Below, piece after piece: positions 26,918 to 32,000 of a stretch of 32,000 nucleotides of DNA; the first letter of the stretch is position 1; each line of letters opens with the position of its first letter. The DNA lies in contig NZ_MUYT01000009.1 of the NCBI RefSeq assembly GCF_002014765.1, positions 1-32,000 of the forward strand, read 5' to 3'. A program made the translations under genes and the position numbers. Under the pieces are notes generated by a model. That model did not search any database and had not been told where the DNA came from. It worked only from the letters and a program-made list of their open reading frames with translations. This DNA is from Lwoffella lincolnii. GTDB taxonomy: Bacteria; Pseudomonadota; Gammaproteobacteria; Pseudomonadales; Moraxellaceae.

Positions 26918-27790
26918 TCATGTTTGCTTTTGTAATCGTAACATTCGTTCATATAGAACGTTTTTTCTGATTCCTGTGATGTCACTTGCCAGTTGGGCGG
27001 CTTTTTTTATTGATAAATCTTGCAACAGGCGTGTTAACAATTTATCATGTTTTGCCACATCATCGGTGGGTTTATTTGCCCCAGCCACCACCAGCACCAT
27101 CTCACCTTTTTGTTGATGATTATCCGCTTGAATAAAATCAGATAAACCTGCAAGCGTTGTGTGATGAATGGTTTCAAAGGTTTTACTCATCTCTCGGCAA
27201 AAGGTAACTTCACGCTCCTTACCCAATACTGCCATCAAGTCTGTCACACAATCAATAATGCGATGCGGTGCTTCATAAAAAATCATGGTGGCATTCATGT
27301 TTTGAAGTTTGGTAAGCTCACTTTGTCGCCCTGAAGTTTTGGCAGGCAAAAATCCATAAAAATAAAACTTATCTGAAGGCAACCCTGCCACCGATAACGC
27401 CATGATGGCTGCACACGCTCCAGCCACAGGTGATGTTTTAATGCCATTGTCATGACACGCTTTAACCAGTCGAAACCCAGGGTCACTGATGAGCGGTGTG
27501 CCTGCATCTGAGATTAGGGCAATGGTGTTGCCTTGTTGCAAAAGTTCAATAAGTTTGCTGGTTTGGCTGTTGGCATTGTGGTCATGGTAGGCGATGGTTT
27601 TGCTGGTGATGTTAAAGTGGTTAAGCAATTTGCTTGATGTGCGGGTGTCTTCACAGGCGATGAAGTCAGCGGTTTTTAGGCAGTTGATGGCGTGAGCGGT
27701 GATGTCGCTCAGGTTGCCAATGGGTGTGGCGACGATGTAAAGTGTGCCTTGGGCTGGGATACCTTGGGTTGGGGTTTGCTGATTGGTCAT
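26918..27790 (-). CDS. rsmI: 16S rRNA (cytidine1402-2'-O)-methyltransferase
   Basis: The N-terminus of the tetrapyrrole-methylase fold is GTLYIVATPIGNLSDITAHAINCLKTADFIACEDTRTSSKLL. I prefer the ATG at 27790 to the TTG at 27802. Confidence 0.9.
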   Translation of the reverse strand: MTNQQTPTQGIPAQGTLYIVATPIGNLSDITAHAINCLKTADFIACEDTRTSSKLLNHFNITSKTIAYHDHNANSQTSKLIELLQQGNTIALISDAGTPLISDPGFRLVKACHDNGIKTSPVAGACAAIMALSVAGLPSDKFYFYGFLPAKTSGRQSELTKLQNMNATMIFYEAPHRIIDCVTDLMAVLGKEREVTFCREMSKTFETIHHTTLAGLSDFIQADNHQQKGEMVLVVAGANKPTDDVAKHDKLLTRLLQDLSIKKAAQLASDITGIRKNVLYERMLRLQKQT

Positions 27791-27909
27791 TTTTTTTCTC
27801 AAACATGTGAAAATCTGATGATATTATAAACCATTTGGATATGCGGTTTGTTCAACATATGGACTGTCAGACTTTATCATAAGTCATCATGATAAAACTT
27901 CATTCCCCC

Positions 27910-27947
27910 AAACTTAATGTCTCTAAATAAACTTAATGCCCCTAAAT
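27910..27947. repeat. 19-bp tandem duplication straddling the first yraN ATG
   Basis: aaacttaatgtctctaaat lies at 27910-27928 and aaacttaatgcccctaaat at 27929-27947. A third partial copy follows. Confidence 0.9.
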
Positions 27948-28384
27948 TAATGCCCCGAAAAATGAAACTTAACTCCCCCAAACAACAGCAAGGCAATCAC
28001 TATGAAACCCTTGCCAAACACCATCTTGAAGCTCAAGGCCTAACGTTTTTTGCTAAAAACTGGCACCATAAAAATATTGGTGAGCTTGATTTGGTGATGA
28101 TTGATGATAGGGAACAATTGCCAAGCCTTGTGATTGTCGAAGTGCGTCAGCGAAACATGAGCAATTTTGGCACAGGTTTAGACAGCATCACCCCCAGCAA
28201 ACAGCGTAAAATCATCAAAGCCACCCAAGCTTTTTTGCAATGCCATGAGCAGTTTGCAGATTATGATGTGCGATTTGATGTGGTGGTATTTCACGGCTCA
28301 ATCAATGGCTCAACAATCAATGGCTCAACAATCAAAGATGAGCAAGTTCCATTGATTTGGCTTCAATCCGCCTTTATTGCGTAA
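27917..28384 (+). CDS. yraN: YraN-family (UPF0102) endonuclease-like protein. The start is uncertain: in-frame ATGs at 27917, 27950 and 27962.
   Basis: The YraN-like core is GNHYETLAKHHLEAQGL...GELDLVM...VIVEVRQR. An in-frame 15-bp x2 repeat at 28301-28330 encodes INGST-INGST. Confidence 0.72.
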   Translation: MSLNKLNAPKLMPRKMKLNSPKQQQGNHYETLAKHHLEAQGLTFFAKNWHHKNIGELDLVMIDDREQLPSLVIVEVRQRNMSNFGTGLDSITPSKQRKIIKATQAFLQCHEQFADYDVRFDVVVFHGSINGSTINGSTIKDEQVPLIWLQSAFIA

Positions 28385-28528
28385 CTTCTTATTATGTATG
28401 TTAGGTTAAGTTGGGCATGGTAAAACATGTTTATGATTGATATAATCAACCTTTTTTAATCATTTTAGCTTGTTAGCTTGATGGCTAATAATCAAACCAT
28501 TTGACCAAAACCATTTAGGACGTTGCCC

Positions 28529-28774
28529 ATGACCGCTGATGATTTAATCGCTTTTTTACAGCCACATTTTCCTAACGCCACCATTGATGCTGTCAATCAA
28601 GGTAATAAGTTTGAGTTGCGTATCATTGATGATGGGTTTACTGGCAAGCGATTGGTACAACGCCAACAGGCTGTTTATGCCTTGACCAACCATTTTATCA
28701 GTAGTGGCGAAATCCACGCCCTAAATATTCACGCCTTAACCTTTGCTGAATGGCAAAATCAAGCCAATTCGTGA
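28529..28774 (+). CDS. ibaG: BolA-family protein (IbaG/YrbA-like), immediately upstream of murA
   Basis: 81 aa with BolA-like FELRIIDDGFTGKRLVQRQQAVYALTNHFISSGEIHAL. The position in front of murA is conserved. The ORF track starts at a TTG at 28523. Confidence 0.72.
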   Translation: MTADDLIAFLQPHFPNATIDAVNQGNKFELRIIDDGFTGKRLVQRQQAVYALTNHFISSGEIHALNIHALTFAEWQNQANS

Positions 28775-28879
28775 AATGGCCAATGGTTTAACAGCCAGTG
28801 CAACCGAACACACATCGCCACCATTTCATTATTTTTTTGATGCAATATTTTTTGACGCAATACAGACAGAAGCAATAAC

Positions 28880-30139
28880 ATGGACAAATTTTTAATCACA
28901 GGCAATGGTCGCATCGCTGGAGAAGTGGCCATTTCAGGGGCAAAAAATGCCGCATTGCCCCTATTGGCAGCGATGATTTTGGCAAAAACGCCCACCACGC
29001 TGCACAATGTCCCCAGTCTGCAAGATGTGCGTACTTTGATTAAATTGATTGGTGGCATGGGCATTGCCATTGACAAACAAGGCGATACCGTCAACTGTGA
29101 TGCTAAGACCATCGATGGCTGTTTTGCCCCGTATGAATTGGTCAAAACCATGCGAGCGTCTATTTTGGTGTTAGGGCCATTATTGGCGCGCTTTGGCGAA
29201 GCTGAAGTGTCCTTGCCAGGGGGGTGTGCCATTGGCTCTCGCCCTGTTGATCAGCACCTAAAAGCATTTGAAGCGATGGGGGCAACCATCACGGTAGAAA
29301 ATGGCTATGTGAAAGCTCGTGCGCCCAAAGGTGGTCGGCTTATCGGCTGTGACCATAGTTTTGATGTGGTAACGGTTGGCGGTACTGAAAATGTCATCAT
29401 GGCAGCAGTGTTGGCAAAAGGGGTGACTCGCCTTGAAAATTGTGCCAGAGAGCCTGAAGTGGTTGACCTTGCCAACATGTTGGTCAAAATGGGGGCAAAA
29501 ATTCATGGCATTGGCACTGCAACGATGATGATTGAAGGTGTAGATAGCTTGCACGGTTGTGAATATCGTGTCATTGCTGACCGCATTGAGACAGGCTCTT
29601 ATTTGGCAGGTGCTTTGATGAGTGGGGGTGATGTGTTGACCAAAAACACATCGGCAGAGTTTTTGCACCCAGTATTACATAAATTTGAACAAATGGGCGC
29701 AACCGTCAGCACAGGCGATGATTGGATACGAGTGCAAATGACAGGTCGCCCTAAGCCTGTGGATATTCGCACCCAGCCACATCCCGGCTTTCCAACCGAC
29801 ATGCAAGCTCAACTGATGGCAGTGTGTTGTTTGGCTGATGGCACAAGCACCATCATCGAGAACATCTTTGAAAACCGTTACATGCACGTGCCAGAGTTAA
29901 AGCGTCTTGGGGCAGACATTCGGATTGATGGGCATACAGCGGTGGTAACAGGGGTGTCAGGCTTTACCGCAGCCCCCGTGATGGCAACTGATTTGCGAGC
30001 GTCGATGTCGCTTGTGATGGCGGCGGCGGTGGCAGATGGTCAGACGGTACTTGACCGTATTTATCACATTGACCGTGGCTATGAAAATGTGGAAAACAAA
30101 TTGCATGGCTTGGGTGTCAACATTGAGCGTATTAAATAA
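28880..30139 (+). CDS. murA: UDP-N-acetylglucosamine 1-carboxyvinyltransferase
   Basis: 419 aa beginning [31 protein letters not shown]. The active-site Cys loop is [15 protein letters not shown]. Confidence 0.97.
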   Translation: MDKFLITGNGRIAGEVAISGAKNAALPLLAAMILAKTPTTLHNVPSLQDVRTLIKLIGGMGIAIDKQGDTVNCDAKTIDGCFAPYELVKTMRASILVLGPLLARFGEAEVSLPGGCAIGSRPVDQHLKAFEAMGATITVENGYVKARAPKGGRLIGCDHSFDVVTVGGTENVIMAAVLAKGVTRLENCAREPEVVDLANMLVKMGAKIHGIGTATMMIEGVDSLHGCEYRVIADRIETGSYLAGALMSGGDVLTKNTSAEFLHPVLHKFEQMGATVSTGDDWIRVQMTGRPKPVDIRTQPHPGFPTDMQAQLMAVCCLADGTSTIIENIFENRYMHVPELKRLGADIRIDGHTAVVTGVSGFTAAPVMATDLRASMSLVMAAAVADGQTVLDRIYHIDRGYENVENKLHGLGVNIERIK

Positions 30140-30155
30140 TTGAGCGTATTAAATA
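30122..30155. repeat. Perfect 17-bp tandem duplication straddling the murA stop codon
   Basis: attgagcgtattaaata occurs at 30122-30138 and 30139-30155. The stop codon is at 30137-30139. Confidence 0.95.
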
Positions 30156-30181
30156 ATGGCAAAGCCTTTCTTAAAATGGGC

Positions 30182-30209
30182 AGGGGGCAAAAGTAGATTT
30201 GTCCCCTTT
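30182..30209 (+). terminator. Strong hairpin between murA and hisG. It may be a weak terminator or an RNA-stability element.
   Basis: A 10-bp stem, aggggGcaaa (30182-30191) pairing with tttgtcccct (30198-30207), contains one G-U pair and a 6-nt loop. Only a short T run follows. Confidence 0.35.
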
Positions 30210-30250
30210 AATCCATAACAATACCATCTAAAATTGAATGACTGAACGAT

Positions 30251-30889
30251 ATGACCGATACCCATAACGGCTTAACCCTGGCCTTATCTAAGGGACGCAT
30301 TTTAAAAGAGACGTTACCTTTATTTAAGACTGCTGGTATTGAATTGCTTGAAAATCCTGACAAATCTCGCAAACTGATATTTCCCACCACGCACCCAAGC
30401 GTACGGATATTAATATTGCGAGCATCTGATGTGCCAACTTATGTAGAGCATGGGGCGGCGGACTTTGGCGTGGCAGGCAAAGATGTCTTACTTGAACACG
30501 GAGCAAAACACCTGTATGAATTGCTGGATTTGCAAATTGCCCAATGCAAGCTGATGACCGCAGGGATTAAAGGGCAGGCATTGCCCAACCGCCGTTTGCG
30601 TGTTGCCACCAAATATGTCAATGTGGCACGTAACCATTTTGCCAGTCAAGGTGAGCAAGTCGACATCATCAAGCTATACGGCTCAATGGAGCTTGCCCCT
30701 TTGGTGGGGCTGGGTGATTTGATTGTGGACGTGGTGGACACAGGCAACACCCTAAGAGCCAATGGGCTTGAACCACTTGAGCATATTTGTGATGTGTCAT
30801 CACGCTTGATTGTCAATCAAGTCAGTTACAAACGTAAATTTGCTTTACTTAAGCCAATTTTGAGCAGTCTGAAATCAGCTTCTGTTTGA
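30251..30889 (+). CDS. hisG: ATP phosphoribosyltransferase, short form (HisG-S, expected to need HisZ)
   Basis: 212 aa with [25 protein letters not shown]. The C-terminal regulatory domain of long-form HisG is absent. Confidence 0.92.
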   Translation: MTDTHNGLTLALSKGRILKETLPLFKTAGIELLENPDKSRKLIFPTTHPSVRILILRASDVPTYVEHGAADFGVAGKDVLLEHGAKHLYELLDLQIAQCKLMTAGIKGQALPNRRLRVATKYVNVARNHFASQGEQVDIIKLYGSMELAPLVGLGDLIVDVVDTGNTLRANGLEPLEHICDVSSRLIVNQVSYKRKFALLKPILSSLKSASV

Positions 30890-30965
30890 TGTTTTTTGTC
30901 AAATTGACAGGCTTGGCACACCAATTTAGCACACAAGCCTAACATATCAACTTAGAACATAAGCT

Positions 30966-30992
30966 TGGCACAAACGCAAGTGTGCCATTTTT
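30966..30992 (+). terminator. Rho-independent terminator after hisG
   Basis: The stem tggcaca (30966-30972) pairs with tgtgcca (30981-30987) and is followed by ttttt. Confidence 0.55.
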
Positions 30993-31077
30993 CAAACTGC
31001 CTATCCATTGTCCTTGCACGCACATATCAGCAATAAACCAGTGTTTAAAAAATGGCGTTTAAAAAACAGCGTTTGGT

Positions 31078-31824
31078 TTAAGAATGGGCATCAAAATTCC
31101 GCTCATTTTTGTACCACTCATACAACCCCACAAAGGCATTTATCTGATATACCATTGTCTGAATGGCAAAAATCACATTGCCACTCATTAAATTGACAAT
31201 CAACCAAACAAAATTTACCGCAATCCACAACCACCAATTCAATGAATACCGCAAAATCATCATTGCTTGAGCCGTGATTGACAGTACAAACGCCAACACA
31301 TTAATCCAAAAAAAGTCAATCCAGCCCAAAAACTGACTGCCATCATCTTCAACCACCACATAACCCATGTCTGCCAGCCACGCATTCACCGTTGGAAACA
31401 ATGCCAGCCCCACCGCAATAAACCCAGCCGTTACCAGCAACACCCACTTATTGGCAGATTTTGGCACCATATTGCCGTCACCATCGGTATTTTTTGACCA
31501 ATAAAACAGCCCATACACATGGGTAAAAAAATTAAACATCGGAGCGAGCATCAACCCCACCGACCCAGCCGTTGCCTGTACCACCACTTCACCAGCGGTT
31601 GCCGTCATGCCCAGCCCATTGCCCATCACATTTTTGCGAAACGACAAGCTCACCACACACAAAAGCCCAACGAACGATACCCCCAAATAAAACCAATCCA
31701 GCCCTGCCCGCTCAGTAAACCGCCAAAAGCCCACCGACAACGCCAACACCCCACACACAAACCACGTTATAATCCAATGTGTCGCCCACTTGCCTGTGAT
31801 ATTATCCAATAACTTAATTCGCAT
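31078..31824 (-). CDS. pnuC: Nicotinamide riboside transporter PnuC
   Basis: Polytopic membrane protein with a Trp-rich PnuC-like C-terminal half (LNWWLWIAVNFVWLIVNLMSGN). The ATG at 31824 has an aaggga RBS and does not overlap the upstream gene, unlike the ORF-track start at 31908. Confidence 0.72.
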   Translation of the reverse strand: MRIKLLDNITGKWATHWIITWFVCGVLALSVGFWRFTERAGLDWFYLGVSFVGLLCVVSLSFRKNVMGNGLGMTATAGEVVVQATAGSVGLMLAPMFNFFTHVYGLFYWSKNTDGDGNMVPKSANKWVLLVTAGFIAVGLALFPTVNAWLADMGYVVVEDDGSQFLGWIDFFWINVLAFVLSITAQAMMILRYSLNWWLWIAVNFVWLIVNLMSGNVIFAIQTMVYQINAFVGLYEWYKNERNFDAHS

Positions 31825-31879
31825 CACTTTATCCCTTAAAACTTGATTTTTTAACATTTGATTTTTTAGACAAATCAAA

Positions 31880-32000
31880 CTACCGTCCAAAAACCACTTT
31901 ATCCACAAACCTCACCGCTGCCAAATACCGCTGATGATACGTCTTGTCATCAATACAATGTGGCTCAATCCCATGCCGAGCAAAAATATCATTTAACCGC
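31880..32000 (-). CDS. Partial CDS (C-terminal 39 codons), possibly a NadR-like ribosylnicotinamide kinase / AAA ATPase
   Basis: My own reverse-strand translation gives RLNDIFARHGIEPHCIDDKTYHQRYLAAVRFVDKVVFGR followed by a stop at 31880-31882. The functional call rests only on its position upstream of pnuC. Confidence 0.3.
   Translation of the reverse strand, partial: RLNDIFARHGIEPHCIDDKTYHQRYLAAVRFVDKVVFGR

Noticed and set aside
28759-29232. A 157-aa minus-strand ORF overlapping the murA 5' region
   Set aside because: It is antisense to murA, whose identity is not in doubt, so it is a shadow ORF.
1366-30155. The short direct repeats, considered as CRISPR arrays or REP/MITE elements
   Set aside because: All are immediately adjacent tandem copies with no spacers. 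Each array has a unique sequence, and no repeat consensus is shared between loci.
30140-30250. A histidine-operon leader peptide or attenuator upstream of hisG
   Set aside because: The spacer contains no His-codon-rich mini-ORF. It holds only a duplication of the murA end and a single hairpin.

Overview
The window reads as a mostly core chromosomal segment of a moderately AT-rich gammaproteobacterium. I infer a Moraxellaceae-like organism from the Acinetobacter-type short H-NS, an isolated gspN-gspC-gspD secretin locus, and a short-form HisG. From left to right it contains:
- an IS110-family insertion sequence at the left edge, followed by hns
- the T2SS genes gspN-gspC-gspD
- a TatD/YjjV-like hydrolase and tcdA
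- efp, divergent from epmB
- an uncharacterised 579-aa protein with a PilZ-like signature, followed by a FimX-like REC-PAS-GGDEF-EAL protein whose signalling motifs are all degenerate
- a lipoprotein cytochrome c
- a MoxR ATPase, a DUF58 protein and a TgpA-like transglutaminase
- an AlkA-like glycosylase
- a minus-strand tyrosine/homogentisate catabolic operon (hppD, VOC dioxygenase-fold protein, 333-aa FAH-family hydrolase, NhaC-family transporter, maiA) with a divergent LysR regulator
- rsmI, yraN, a BolA/IbaG-like gene, murA, hisG, pnuC, and a partial NadR-like gene at the right edge

I found no rRNA, tRNA, CRISPR array, prophage or recognisable defence island, and no single locus that I can confidently call a new system. 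The candidates most worth follow-up are:
1. The homogentisate operon has no cupin-type HmgA in the window. A small VOC-fold protein and an NhaC-family carrier sit in its place.
2. The PilZ-like and FimX-like genes form a possible c-di-GMP receptor pair.
3. The MoxR-DUF58-TgpA module is widespread but functionally unresolved.
4. The non-coding flank of the IS110 transposase could encode a bridge RNA.
5. Short tandem duplications occur at roughly one per kb. Inside genes their period is a multiple of 3, including Asp/His-rich pentapeptide repeats in all three T2SS proteins. Outside genes the period is not a multiple of 3, and several straddle stop or start codons.
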